A stretch of 64,000 bases of DNA from a virus (Duplodnaviria > Caudoviricetes): positions 224,001 to 288,000 of IMG/VR virus record IMGVR_UViG_3300011559_000001. One strand, 5' to 3'. Position 1 is the first letter of the stretch. Each line of letters opens with the position of its first letter. Positions 29,179 to 38,658 of the stretch are shown here, piece by piece. The notes under the pieces are model-generated. The model had not been told where the DNA came from and ran no database searches. It saw only the letters and a program-made list of their open reading frames with translations. A program made the position numbers and the translations under genes.

Positions 29179-30498
29179 ATGAAAAATGTGCCATTGCCGA
29201 GGGTCTCACTTGAAGCCATTTCCTACCAAGGAAAGTCGTTGCTGTATTTCGACTTGGTGGCTTTGGTGGACAACCTCAGGCTTCAGCCCGATCTGAGCCA
29301 GCGTTCGCTGGACGGTTCGGGCCTGTCTGCAATCATCAAGAAGCGTACCAAGATGAACGTCATCGTCCGACTGCAGTCGGACGGCCAGGATGATGGGTAC
29401 TTCTACGCCGAACCGCCCCTGTTGGATGCGGGCAATCCCTTCTACGAGTTGATCTCCAAAATCAGCTCGGCAGATGAACGCTCCCATGCCATCGACCGCT
29501 ACCAGCGCGCTGTGCGGTTGGCCAAGGAAAGCACCGGTTGGGTGGATCTGAAGCTGGGGCAAGTCGGCGGTCTGTTGGCCACGCTGCCCTGCTACCTCTA
29601 CCTGTCGCGTGATCTGATCTACGACCGCAACTACAGCTCCGAAGAGCTGGCGGCAATGATCCTGCACGAGCTGGGTCACATCTACTCCTTCTTCGAGACC
29701 TTGTGGTACACCTCGGTCAGCAACATGGTGATCTCCACGGCGGTGGATGCCATGAAGACCGAAGCTGATACCACGGTCCGGATCAAGCTGGTCTCCCAAG
29801 CACTGGGTGCCTTTGGTACGGTCGATCCGGAAGCGGCCAGTCTGATTGGCGGTGCAGCTGATGAAACCAGTCAGCGCGTGCTGTTCCTGAAGACCTTCGA
29901 AGAAGGCGAGCGTCAGCGCGTCAAGCAACTGGTCGATCGCGACGATACCTACAACGTGCGCTCGATTGAGTTCATGGCCGATCAGTTCGCCGTGCGTCAC
30001 GGTGCTACGCTGGCCCTGGCCAATGCACAGCACAAGATGGCCATGCGTACCCGCTCCGGTTACGGTATCAACCACAGTAGCTTCCTGGCCGCCCAGGCGG
30101 TCCGCTACGCCCTGTTGGCCGGCGTAAGCTACGTTGTCCCGCCCTTGGGCTTGGTGATCGGTGTGGTGGCCTCTCTGCTCCAAGCAGCGCAGGTAGCCAA
30201 CGACGACGTCAACCCGGACCCGATCGAACGCCTGACGCGTTTGAAGGGCGATCTGGTACAGCTGCTCAAGAACACCCGCCTGTCCCCGCAGATGCGCAAG
30301 CAGATCCTGCAGGACATCGAAGCGTTGGACGCCCTGCGTACCACGATGAAAGAAAACGGCGGCCTGTTCCGATTCATCTGGCGCAACGTGGCTCCGGCCG
30401 GTCGCAGGCGCTCGACGCTGCGCGAAATGCAGAAGGGGTTGGAAGACCTCATCAACAACGACCTTTTCACCCAAGCAGCGCGCATCCGCTCGTTGTAA
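29179..30498 (+). CDS. Virion/head protein with M48-like zinc metalloprotease motif and hydrophobic segment
   Basis: N-terminal VSLE site; ILHELGH ... EFMADQFA ... PDPIERL; hydrophobic stretch LLAGVSYVVPPLGLVIGVVASLL. Confidence 0.7.
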   Translation: MKNVPLPRVSLEAISYQGKSLLYFDLVALVDNLRLQPDLSQRSLDGSGLSAIIKKRTKMNVIVRLQSDGQDDGYFYAEPPLLDAGNPFYELISKISSADERSHAIDRYQRAVRLAKESTGWVDLKLGQVGGLLATLPCYLYLSRDLIYDRNYSSEELAAMILHELGHIYSFFETLWYTSVSNMVISTAVDAMKTEADTTVRIKLVSQALGAFGTVDPEAASLIGGAADETSQRVLFLKTFEEGERQRVKQLVDRDDTYNVRSIEFMADQFAVRHGATLALANAQHKMAMRTRSGYGINHSSFLAAQAVRYALLAGVSYVVPPLGLVIGVVASLLQAAQVANDDVNPDPIERLTRLKGDLVQLLKNTRLSPQMRKQILQDIEALDALRTTMKENGGLFRFIWRNVAPAGRRRSTLREMQKGLEDLINNDLFTQAARIRSL

Positions 30499-30517
30499 CA
30501 ACCCTTAGGACACTTCA

Positions 30518-30937
30518 ATGAAGATCAACGTTTCCGACATCGCCTCCACCATCAACGAACTGGGCATCCCCTTCGAAGCCCAGTCGCGCTACCTGGTGGC
30601 TGCTCTGGCCCGCGTGCTGGCCTACATGCTGCCGATCCCGGCCAACAACGTGGCCGGCACTCCCGGCGAGATGTTCCAGTCCACCTACGGTGCGCAGGTC
30701 ACTGCCGCCCTGGACGCGCTGAACGAGCGCATGCCGGTGGACTACCAGCAGGTGCTGGAGCTGACCCAGAAGATCTGGGAAGTGCGCTACCACCTGGTGC
30801 ACCCGAACCGCGACGCCCAGGCATGGGCGGCCATCGACTGCTGCGTGCAGAAGGCCAACCTGGGCTTTGAGATCGACTTCACCGACGCTGCCCTGCAGCG
30901 CCTGGGCCAGGTGATCACCCAAGGCGTGGAAGGCTAA
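30518..30937 (+). CDS. Hypothetical (probably structural) protein
   Basis: AGGA RBS, strong codon bias. Confidence 0.7.
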   Translation: MKINVSDIASTINELGIPFEAQSRYLVAALARVLAYMLPIPANNVAGTPGEMFQSTYGAQVTAALDALNERMPVDYQQVLELTQKIWEVRYHLVHPNRDAQAWAAIDCCVQKANLGFEIDFTDAALQRLGQVITQGVEG

Positions 30938-30938
30938 C

Positions 30939-31889
30939 GTGTCCGGCGGTGACACCACCGCCGTGCCCGAACTGTCGCTGGGCCAGCTGGAGGGCAACCT
31001 CCAGCTGGTTATGGCCGTTCGTGCCCAAATCGAAAAGACCGGTACGGTCCACCGCGAACAAATGCGCGTGGCCTGTGAGTCGATCGGTTTGGAACTGCCG
31101 GCGGATCTGCCTCTGAACTCCTACACCCAAGTGCCCTCGACCACCAACCTGGAACGCACCAAGCATGTGCTCACTGCGCATCAGGAAAAGGCGTTGGTCA
31201 ACTTGGTAGGCAGCTTCAAGCGCAATGCGACCCAAACTTGGGGGAAGATCCAAGACGGTCGCTTCCGCGCCTATCCGGACCTGCGTCCGAAGTTGAACCA
31301 TCTGCAGAGGGTGGCCTCGCGCTACGATGGTCTTGATGTGGCTAACACGGTTGATCGGGATGAGCCGGCTATCAAGGCCGAATGCGATCTGATCAGCCAT
31401 GTGATGGACACGCTGAGGAGTCTCAACCAGCTGGGTCAGGATTCGATCTGTCCCTTCACTGGTCTGCGTCGGGAAGCCGAACAGGTCTTGGTCCACATCA
31501 ACGAAGCCATCGCCACCAAGCTGCACTTCCAAGGCGATGCTGCGGTGGAGCAGTTCGTTGCGATGATCGGCAAGTTCACCTGCAAGGTCTCTGCAGCCAG
31601 TTACTCGGAGGTGGAGAACGCTCTCAGTGCCGACGGTATCGTACAGGCCGTGACGGAAGCTGGCCAGCACTATGAAGGTCCGATTGCTCCCCAAGTGGAG
31701 ACGATCGAGCTGGATCTGGAAAGTCTCTCTGAACAACAGGTGCTGGAATCGCAACTGGGTAAGGTACTCGATGCCATCAACGAGTTCATCTTCTACAGCT
31801 GGAAGGTGGATGATGCGTTTGCCCAAGCCACCAACACGGCTGTGGAAACGGCCAAGAGCCTGTACCATCTGAAGGTACTGACGGCATAA
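30939..31889 (+). CDS. Hypothetical/putative head protein
   Basis: 316 aa, GTG start right after the preceding stop. Confidence 0.6.
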   Translation: MSGGDTTAVPELSLGQLEGNLQLVMAVRAQIEKTGTVHREQMRVACESIGLELPADLPLNSYTQVPSTTNLERTKHVLTAHQEKALVNLVGSFKRNATQTWGKIQDGRFRAYPDLRPKLNHLQRVASRYDGLDVANTVDRDEPAIKAECDLISHVMDTLRSLNQLGQDSICPFTGLRREAEQVLVHINEAIATKLHFQGDAAVEQFVAMIGKFTCKVSAASYSEVENALSADGIVQAVTEAGQHYEGPIAPQVETIELDLESLSEQQVLESQLGKVLDAINEFIFYSWKVDDAFAQATNTAVETAKSLYHLKVLTA

Positions 31890-31922
31890 AAGCCAGCCCC
31901 GCAAGGGGCTGGTCTTTATAGC
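31883..31922. terminator. Hairpin between convergent genes
   Basis: GGCATAAAAG-CCAGCCCC-gcaa-GGGGCTGG-TCTTTATAG. Confidence 0.75.
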
Positions 31923-31924
31923 GC

Positions 31925-32356
31925 TTAGATCAGCGGGGCCGGGATGGCCGGCAACGGCTGCGCCAGCTTCTTGGCCTTGGTCTGGCCCTTCTTGACCGTC
32001 GCCCTGGTGACGTTGTCGACCGTGGTCTTGGCCGCAGCCTTCTTGTCGGTCGGTGCCATCTTCGACAAGGTACGATTCACTTCGTTGACGATCCTCAAAC
32101 TCGCTTCGCGCTTCTGGCGCGCCTTCTCACGCCGCCGTCGCAAGACGTCCTGATAGTCGTTCCAAGCATAGCGGGCCTTCTCAGCCTCATGCCAGTTGGT
32201 GGGCATGCCGTCGCTGGCGACCTTGAAGTTCTTACCCCGCAGGAAGTTGGGATCCAGAGTCAACGTGTTGACCCACGTCGGCTTGCGCTTGGCGAAAGCC
32301 TCGCCGACGCGCCTGCCATTGGCCCGGCTGTAATAGATAGTAACGTGCTTGCTCAT
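31925..32356 (-). CDS. Small very basic protein (possible nucleic-acid binding)
   Basis: MSKHVTIYY start at 32356; LRRRREKARQKR, Lys-rich C-terminus. Confidence 0.6.
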   Translation of the reverse strand: MSKHVTIYYSRANGRRVGEAFAKRKPTWVNTLTLDPNFLRGKNFKVASDGMPTNWHEAEKARYAWNDYQDVLRRRREKARQKREASLRIVNEVNRTLSKMAPTDKKAAAKTTVDNVTRATVKKGQTKAKKLAQPLPAIPAPLI

Positions 32357-32458
32357 GGGATCCCCCGGAATGTGAGTACGTATATGACACATGTGTTTCC
32401 CATGCCGTAAAGAAAAACGGATCCCCGTAAACTTTTGACATTCCGCAGGATTATCCCA

Positions 32459-32929
32459 ATGAGCAACACCTTCAGCACCAACACCGCATTGTTCCCGCCG
32501 GAGCAGCAGATCATCCTGCAAGCCGTACAGGATCGTCTGGACGAATATGTCCTCAAGATGGCTCCGGGTCGTCCGATCTCCTCGGCCGATGGTTCCTTCC
32601 AGCAGCGCCAGCTCTGGCAGGGTGTGATCCTGGCACTGCTCAAGCTGCCGGCACCGTCCTTCCTGGCCGGCTGGACCAGCTTCCTCAACTTCGTCAACGT
32701 GCACCGCAAGGGCGCGTTCAGTCCGGCCTATATCCATCGCTTCCGCGAGGAGACCCAGCTGGGCATGAGCGATCGTCGCAACTTCGAGCGCCTGCTGCAC
32801 CTGGCCTACGTCTCGGCTGATCCGGGCACCCGTGCGCTGGCCATGAAGCAGGTGGACATGCATCAGATCCTTTCGATGCTGCCCTCTGAAGACATGCGCC
32901 AGAAGTTCGTGGAGTTCTACTCCCTGTAA
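32459..32929 (+). CDS. Conserved chimallivirus hypothetical protein
   Basis: AGGA RBS; YVLKMAPGRPI..GAFS..YIHRF motifs. Confidence 0.65.
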   Translation: MSNTFSTNTALFPPEQQIILQAVQDRLDEYVLKMAPGRPISSADGSFQQRQLWQGVILALLKLPAPSFLAGWTSFLNFVNVHRKGAFSPAYIHRFREETQLGMSDRRNFERLLHLAYVSADPGTRALAMKQVDMHQILSMLPSEDMRQKFVEFYSL

Positions 32930-32932
32930 CTG

Positions 32933-32970
32933 GTATAGACCCCCGCCCCGAAGGGCGGGGGCTTATGCTG
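32933..32970. terminator. Hairpin between convergent genes with TTATGC flank
   Basis: CCCCCGCCC-cgaa-GGGCGGGGG-CTTATGC. Confidence 0.75.
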
Positions 32971-32973
32971 GCC

Positions 32974-34056
32974 TTACTTGTTACGCATGGCGTAGCCGAT
33001 GATGACGCTCATGTAGGAAATCGAAGTCGCACGCTGCTGCAGCGCCACGCGTGCAGTGCCGACACAGTAGTTAACCGCATTCGAGACACCATACAGACGT
33101 TCACCGTACTCCTCATCGAAATACTGATTGGGGTCGTCGATGGCGGCAGTGATCCAGTTGCTCAGGTCCTCATACGTCTTGAGAAGGTCCTTACTCAACT
33201 TCCTTGCTTCTTCGATGTATTGTTCACTGGTCTTGACTGCAGACTCCAACGTCGACCGAACCTTGTTGCTCGTCAGACGAAGCTCCATCCGCTTCTCGCC
33301 AGCCATCAAAGCACGATACTTGATGTCGGTGGGCCGGGGAATGGCCCGGAAAACACTGCCGACGTAGTTGTGGTCAATGGGGATCTCACGGATACGTTCG
33401 CCGAAGTCGGCGACCTTGTCCCAATCACCAGCGCCAGCGTTACCCATGAACAACCATCCACGCACACCCACGAGAACCCGGTCGACCACCGGTACCAGGC
33501 TCTGATCGGGAGTCTTCGGATCCTTGGCCAGATCGACCAATTCCTTCAGGCGGCTGCGCATGAACTGCGCATCACGTACGCCGTCGTGACCTTCACCGCG
33601 CAAAATGCGCAGCGCTTCGCATTCCTGCGATTCGGTGGCCACCACGACCAGTTCGCCAACCAAGAGCTTCTCGATCTTGGCCACCAGCGGCTGGATGGAA
33701 CGCTTGGCCTGGGCGATCTTTTGGCCAAACCATTCGATCACCTTGCCGAGTGTCTGAGCGATGAACGTGATCAGCTTGGGGATCTTGTCCTTGAGGAAGG
33801 CCATGACGCGCTTTACAACGCTCGGCTTGGTTTCCTCGTCTTCGCTCTCCAGACTCACAGCCTGCAGTTCCGGGGTTTCATGGCGATAGAGTGCCATGAA
33901 CTCACCCAGCCTTTCCGTCTTGCCGCTCAGGAAATGCTGCAGGAACTCATTGTCCCGGTTGTAGGCTTCGAGCGAAGCGTCCAATTCCTGGAACAGGTAC
34001 GTACCTTCATCAACCGCATGTGCGCTGAGGTTGAAGTGTTGATGCAAACGCGTCAT
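32974..34056 (-). CDS. Head/ejection protein paralog with SLE propeptide sites
   Basis: ASLEA, VSLES followed by amphipathic helix VKRVMAFLKDKIPKLITFIAQTLGKVIEWF. Confidence 0.65.
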   Translation of the reverse strand: MTRLHQHFNLSAHAVDEGTYLFQELDASLEAYNRDNEFLQHFLSGKTERLGEFMALYRHETPELQAVSLESEDEETKPSVVKRVMAFLKDKIPKLITFIAQTLGKVIEWFGQKIAQAKRSIQPLVAKIEKLLVGELVVVATESQECEALRILRGEGHDGVRDAQFMRSRLKELVDLAKDPKTPDQSLVPVVDRVLVGVRGWLFMGNAGAGDWDKVADFGERIREIPIDHNYVGSVFRAIPRPTDIKYRALMAGEKRMELRLTSNKVRSTLESAVKTSEQYIEEARKLSKDLLKTYEDLSNWITAAIDDPNQYFDEEYGERLYGVSNAVNYCVGTARVALQQRATSISYMSVIIGYAMRNK

Positions 34057-34098
34057 GATGACACAGCCTTGTGTTTAGTGTTAACACATGATTAGACA

Positions 34099-34132
34099 AC
34101 ATAAGCCCCCGCCCGAAGGCGGGGGCAGTATG
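34099..34132. terminator. Hairpin with CATAAG/TATG flanks
   Basis: GCCCCCGCC-cgaa-GGCGGGGGC. Confidence 0.7.
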
Positions 34133-34138
34133 CGCTTA

Positions 34139-34265
34139 TGTGGCTCGATGGCCAGCCCCTTGATGCGGGACTCTTGTTAGGTCTGGAGCTTCCAGCCAGA
34201 CCACTGGCGAAGGTGATGGCCGGGGCTTCACTTCACAGGTCTGTACCCCGCCGTGGAAAGTTACA
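34139..34265 (+). ncRNA. Candidate structured non-coding RNA
   Basis: 5'/3' closing stem and nested helices (see findings). Confidence 0.35.
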
Positions 34266-34273
34266 CAGCCGCC

Positions 34274-35569
34274 TTATGACAGCATGTTCTCCAGATCCAG
34301 CTTCACCGTCTTCATCGACTTACCGTGCATGGCCGCCATGAACAACGCCAGGAACGTCGAGCCGATGGCCGCAGCGTAAGCACTCAGTGCCTCCGGCGTT
34401 GCAGCGATGTTGTCACCGATACACTTGGTGCAGAAGTTGGCACCTTCGGTATGGCAGTACAGCGGCGAGCGCACTTGGATGGTCTGACCCACCAACGACT
34501 TGAGTTCGTCTTCGGTCAGCACCTTGGGTACGCCACCAACCAGCCGATAGTTGCTGATGTAGTGTGGAACCTTGTCTTCAGTCATCAGTACGCTGATGCC
34601 GCGCTTGGACCCACAGTCATCCTCACCCACCGTGGAGTTCTGGAAGATGCGGTTGTTGAACTTCACTTCCACACCGCCCAGTGCGGTCTGTGCACCACGG
34701 GAGAACGAACCGTCACGCAGCTGGTTGACCATCGCCGGGAGCTTGGAGATGTCCCACGCTTCATCCAGCGAAGTTGGAATCAGATCACCGGCCTCACCGA
34801 AGCCAGAGCTGATGCCCTGCATGATGAACACCTTCAACCGGATCACGTCGTAGGACTTGGCCTTGACGTAGAAGCGATCACCCGGATCGCCCTTCATCCA
34901 TGCACGGTCCATCTTGGTCAGTTCGTCCAAGATGCGCGAGAGCACCACCGGATCGTGCAGCTGACCCTTGTGCTCTGCCAGCAGTTCATCACGGCGCTTG
35001 ATCATGGCCGGATCAGCAGTCATGGTCTTACGCGTGGCCGAGGGTACGCAGAGCTGGTTCAGACCCGGCAGCTGGCCGACGGCTTCGTTGAACTTGTGGT
35101 ACTCAGCCGTGGTGAGCGGTTGCTTGTCCGGCGGGAGCTGATCGGACTGCACGTTGTCATCCCAGCGCCGCTGAATGATCTTCTCAATCCCCTGCACGCT
35201 CATAGGACCGGCGATGTACCCGATCTTGTTGCCGAAGGGATAGACCAGGATCATCTGGTTGACCAGTGCGTTGCCGTAGGTGGACACCACCGGCTCAGTC
35301 ACGTTGGCCAAATCACCCGGACGCAACACCAGCTTTTCCAGCGGGCGGAACATCGGCTCACCGGGCATGGCATCTTCGATGATCTGATAGCCGTCATCGT
35401 GCTCCTTGTCCACCATCGCATAACGACCGTCGTCGATGACGATCAGGTTGTGCACGTAGGCCACCGGACCGGGCTTGGGGCGGGAGACTGCAAACGCTTC
35501 GAGAATCCAGCGCTTGTGCATGAACAGGCCTTCTTGCATGGCCTTCAAGAAATAATCGCGCTTGAACAT
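34274..35569 (-). CDS. Virion RNA polymerase beta' fragment (phiKZ gp80-like)
   Basis: GSFSRGAQTALGG, EDDCGSKRG, VRSPLYC..FCTKCIG, AMHGK motifs. Confidence 0.85.
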   Translation of the reverse strand: MFKRDYFLKAMQEGLFMHKRWILEAFAVSRPKPGPVAYVHNLIVIDDGRYAMVDKEHDDGYQIIEDAMPGEPMFRPLEKLVLRPGDLANVTEPVVSTYGNALVNQMILVYPFGNKIGYIAGPMSVQGIEKIIQRRWDDNVQSDQLPPDKQPLTTAEYHKFNEAVGQLPGLNQLCVPSATRKTMTADPAMIKRRDELLAEHKGQLHDPVVLSRILDELTKMDRAWMKGDPGDRFYVKAKSYDVIRLKVFIMQGISSGFGEAGDLIPTSLDEAWDISKLPAMVNQLRDGSFSRGAQTALGGVEVKFNNRIFQNSTVGEDDCGSKRGISVLMTEDKVPHYISNYRLVGGVPKVLTEDELKSLVGQTIQVRSPLYCHTEGANFCTKCIGDNIAATPEALSAYAAAIGSTFLALFMAAMHGKSMKTVKLDLENMLS

Positions 35570-35578
35570 GAGGCGTCC

Positions 35579-36391
35579 TTAAAGCAGCTTCTTGATCGCC
35601 GAGTCCAGCTCGAGCAGATCAGTGATCGACAGGTGGAAGGATTCCTTCAACCGGTTCAGGGTGGGCGGGATCTCATCAGTGGCCAGTGCCGAGGCAAAGG
35701 CGAAGGCCACTAGATCCGCAGCAAGCTTAGCCGGCTTCTGCGCGTACAGCTCTTCCAGCCACGGCTGGAGCATCAACTCAAAGCTCAGGCCCAGACGCAG
35801 GCCCTGATCCAGTGCCTTGACGAACACGCTGTCCTCACCCAGTGCGCCCTTGTTGAGCAGACCACGCAGGCGCATCTGTGCGGCAGCCACAGCGACCGAA
35901 TCCGGTTGCGGTTCCGGACGCTCTTCGCTGGTGAGTTCATTGATGCGGGTGATCAGATCCGGACTGACCCGCTCCAGTGCGTTCATGTAGTCGCCGATGG
36001 TGAGTTCACCGACGATGACCAGCATATCGGCCAGTGCCGCTTCCTCGCCTTCCAGCGCCGCCGTCAGGCCGTTGATCGTGGTCGGGTCGTCCCACTCTTC
36101 CAACAGCTGGATCCCCTTGAGGATCGAGTTGGCCGTGCGCAGATCGGTCTCATCGCTGAGGTAAACGCCGAACTGACGCAGGGTTTGACTGAGATTGCTC
36201 ATCAGCACCGACTGCAGACTTTCCAGTGCCGCATCCGGTTCCAGACCATCGGCAATGTCCATGGCTTGCTGCAGTTGGTACAGGTGGATGTCTTGACCTG
36301 CGGCCGTCAAGGTACGGGTGGCATCCATGATCAGGTCGCTCAACGCCGGGGTGGTAATGGAGTCGAGATACTCCTGCATGCGATCCAACAT
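35579..36391 (-). CDS. Conserved hypothetical protein upstream of vRNAP subunit
   Basis: 270 aa, GGAG RBS, operonic with 34274..35569. Confidence 0.65.
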   Translation of the reverse strand: MLDRMQEYLDSITTPALSDLIMDATRTLTAAGQDIHLYQLQQAMDIADGLEPDAALESLQSVLMSNLSQTLRQFGVYLSDETDLRTANSILKGIQLLEEWDDPTTINGLTAALEGEEAALADMLVIVGELTIGDYMNALERVSPDLITRINELTSEERPEPQPDSVAVAAAQMRLRGLLNKGALGEDSVFVKALDQGLRLGLSFELMLQPWLEELYAQKPAKLAADLVAFAFASALATDEIPPTLNRLKESFHLSITDLLELDSAIKKLL

Positions 36392-36484
36392 AGCTATCTC
36401 CGAAGGTAGATGTATTAAAGTTTACAGCAAAACTGTTCTCATATGGAGAAGCTGCGTCTCACACATTAATTTTGGGTTACCGCC

Positions 36485-36931
36485 ATGGGCAAGAACAACC
36501 GACACAGAACCGGGCCGAACAAGCCGATTTGGGACGTCCTTCTGGGGCTGTCTCGATCCGTTGGCCAAGTCACCAATGTCACGGCGATGCTGATTCCGTA
36601 TCTGCAAGACCGTGAACTGCTGAGTCGTCTCAAAGACCCAGCAGCGTTCAACCGTTTGGGCTCACGATTGGATAGCGACATTCGCAATCTGACCTTGCGC
36701 TTCAACATCATCGCGAAACAGCACGAAGGCCGTCAGGGGCAAACTGCTGATCCGACTGAGTGGATGCGGGCCATCGACATCCAAGAGCAGTACATCGCTT
36801 GGGCATCTGACTTCGACGACATCGCCATTCCGACCTTCACGGAAATGATGGAGATGCTGCGCGCCGCTGGCGCAAAGAACATCGTCCAGATGCAGTCGGC
36901 CACCGCACTCGCACAGCAGCACTCACCCTGA
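36485..36931 (+). CDS. Hypothetical helical protein
   Basis: 148-aa ORF upstream of the gp77-like gene. Confidence 0.65.
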   Translation: MGKNNRHRTGPNKPIWDVLLGLSRSVGQVTNVTAMLIPYLQDRELLSRLKDPAAFNRLGSRLDSDIRNLTLRFNIIAKQHEGRQGQTADPTEWMRAIDIQEQYIAWASDFDDIAIPTFTEMMEMLRAAGAKNIVQMQSATALAQQHSP

Positions 36932-36945
36932 CCTGGAATGCTCCA

Positions 36946-38658
36946 ATGAGTAACGAAAACAACCCGCCGGCCTCGGTGGGCATGGACGTCGAAGAGGACG
37001 TCGTCACCTCCATCCAGACCCCGGCCGAAGCCGCCTATGCTGCCGACGCTTCGGGTGAGCCCGTATCGGTAGCGGACGCTCCGGTGGTGCCGACCGTTGC
37101 CAATGTGCAGGTCGCCGCCGAGACCGTCCTGGAAAACCCCGCCGACGCAGACGTCGGCCTGCCCGCAGACAGCGAAGCTGCTGCCGAGGAAGACGAGCCG
37201 CTGCTGGCCGTGTTCCTGCGTCAGGGCATCAACCAGCTCGCCGAGCTGATGCAGGATCCCAGCACTGCGCTGGATTCGCGCAAGACCTTCGCAGATAGCG
37301 AACGCCTGTTCATCGTGCCGTGCACGTCGCAGGAATTCAACAACCTGGTGCTCAACGTGCGTCGCCTGGATCCCACTGGCTCGGCCGTGGGTCGTGCCTG
37401 GACCAATGCCATCGGCCAAGGCCAGCCGCACATGCCGCGTGCTGACATCGGCCTGAACGCTCTGACCCGTGAAGTCTCGCTGTGGCGCCAGAAGGTGCAG
37501 GCCGAAGGTCCGGGCAGCGTGGAAATCGGTGCCGGTCGTCCGGGCCTGGGTGAACGCAAAGGCAATGCCCCACTGGTGGGCGAAGAAGCCCTGCAGTACA
37601 TGCAGACCATGATGGGTACCGGCCAGCTCTCGCGTATCCCGCTGTGGCACTCGGGCATCTGGATCAACATCAAGGCGCCGACCGAACAGCAGCTGCTGGA
37701 ACTGGAACGTCGCATCGCCAACGAGAAGATCACCCTGGGTCGTGCGACCGCCGGCCTGGCGTACTCGAACATGTCGGTGTACCACAACGCCTTCCTGTTC
37801 AACTTCGTCCTGTCGCTGGTGTTCGACTGCTCGATCTCCGGCTTCACCGTGGACAAGCTCAAGCAGAAGATCCTGCTGCCGGACCTGCCGCTGCTGCTGT
37901 GGGGCCTGCTGTGCACGATCTACCCCAACGGCTACCGCTACCACCGTCCGTGCATCGCCGATCCGTCGGTGTGCCAGCACGTGACCGAAGAGCTGCTGGA
38001 CATCTCCAAGCTGTGCTGGACCGACAACCTGGCCCTGACGCAGTCCCAGCGCAACCACATGGTGCGCAAGACCGCCAAGTTCACCGACATCGAGCTGGAC
38101 AACTACGTGTCCCAGCACCGCTACAACGGCAAGGGTACGGTCAAGGTCAAGGAAGTGGGCGGCAACACCACCGCGGTGGAACTGCGCGTTCCCTCACTGG
38201 CCGACTACGAGCAGTCCGGCTACTCGTGGGTGGAAGGTATCGTGTCCACCACCGATCAGGCCTTCGGCTCCCAGCTGGGCGGCGATGAGCGCGATGAGTA
38301 CATCCTGGATCAGGCACGCTCCACCAGCCTGCGCCAGTATGCGCATTGGCTCAAGCGCATCACCTTCAACGGCACGCACTCCATCGACGATCGCACCACG
38401 CTGGAGACGATGATCGCCCAGCTGACTGGCGACATCGAGGCGTCGGACAACTTCATGGATGGCGTGAGCCAGTTCATCAACGACAGCACCATCTCGTTGA
38501 TCGCACTGCCCTCCTACAAGTGCCCGAACTGCCAGGCCGATCAGAAGAACCCGGAAGAGGCCAAGCATCCGCACCTCATCCCGCTGGACATCGGGGCGAT
38601 TTTTTTTACCCTTCTCGGCCAGCGCACGCGCCGATTGCTGGATTCAGCGGTCATCTGA
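36946..38658 (+). CDS. Core protein (phiKZ gp77-like); candidate tail/baseplate assembly chaperone, short form
   Basis: IPLWHSGIWI, IYPNGY..C..C, C-terminal CPNC and IPLD..FFTL; slippery T8 run near the end. Confidence 0.65.
   Translation: MSNENNPPASVGMDVEEDVVTSIQTPAEAAYAADASGEPVSVADAPVVPTVANVQVAAETVLENPADADVGLPADSEAAAEEDEPLLAVFLRQGINQLAELMQDPSTALDSRKTFADSERLFIVPCTSQEFNNLVLNVRRLDPTGSAVGRAWTNAIGQGQPHMPRADIGLNALTREVSLWRQKVQAEGPGSVEIGAGRPGLGERKGNAPLVGEEALQYMQTMMGTGQLSRIPLWHSGIWINIKAPTEQQLLELERRIANEKITLGRATAGLAYSNMSVYHNAFLFNFVLSLVFDCSISGFTVDKLKQKILLPDLPLLLWGLLCTIYPNGYRYHRPCIADPSVCQHVTEELLDISKLCWTDNLALTQSQRNHMVRKTAKFTDIELDNYVSQHRYNGKGTVKVKEVGGNTTAVELRVPSLADYEQSGYSWVEGIVSTTDQAFGSQLGGDERDEYILDQARSTSLRQYAHWLKRITFNGTHSIDDRTTLETMIAQLTGDIEASDNFMDGVSQFINDSTISLIALPSYKCPNCQADQKNPEEAKHPHLIPLDIGAIFFTLLGQRTRRLLDSAVI
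38601..38634 (+). other. Candidate -1 programmed ribosomal frameshift site
   Basis: In-frame T TTT TTT heptamer (38601-38607), 7-nt spacer, TCGGC/GCCGA stem; -1 frame open to 39116. Confidence 0.6.

Noticed and set aside
31925-32863. 312-aa version of the minus-strand ORF
   Set aside because: The extension overlaps the plus-strand gene 32459..32929; real start is more likely 32356
34138-34341. 67-aa plus-strand ORF
   Set aside because: No RBS, atypical codons, overlaps the vRNAP gene end; better explained as structured RNA
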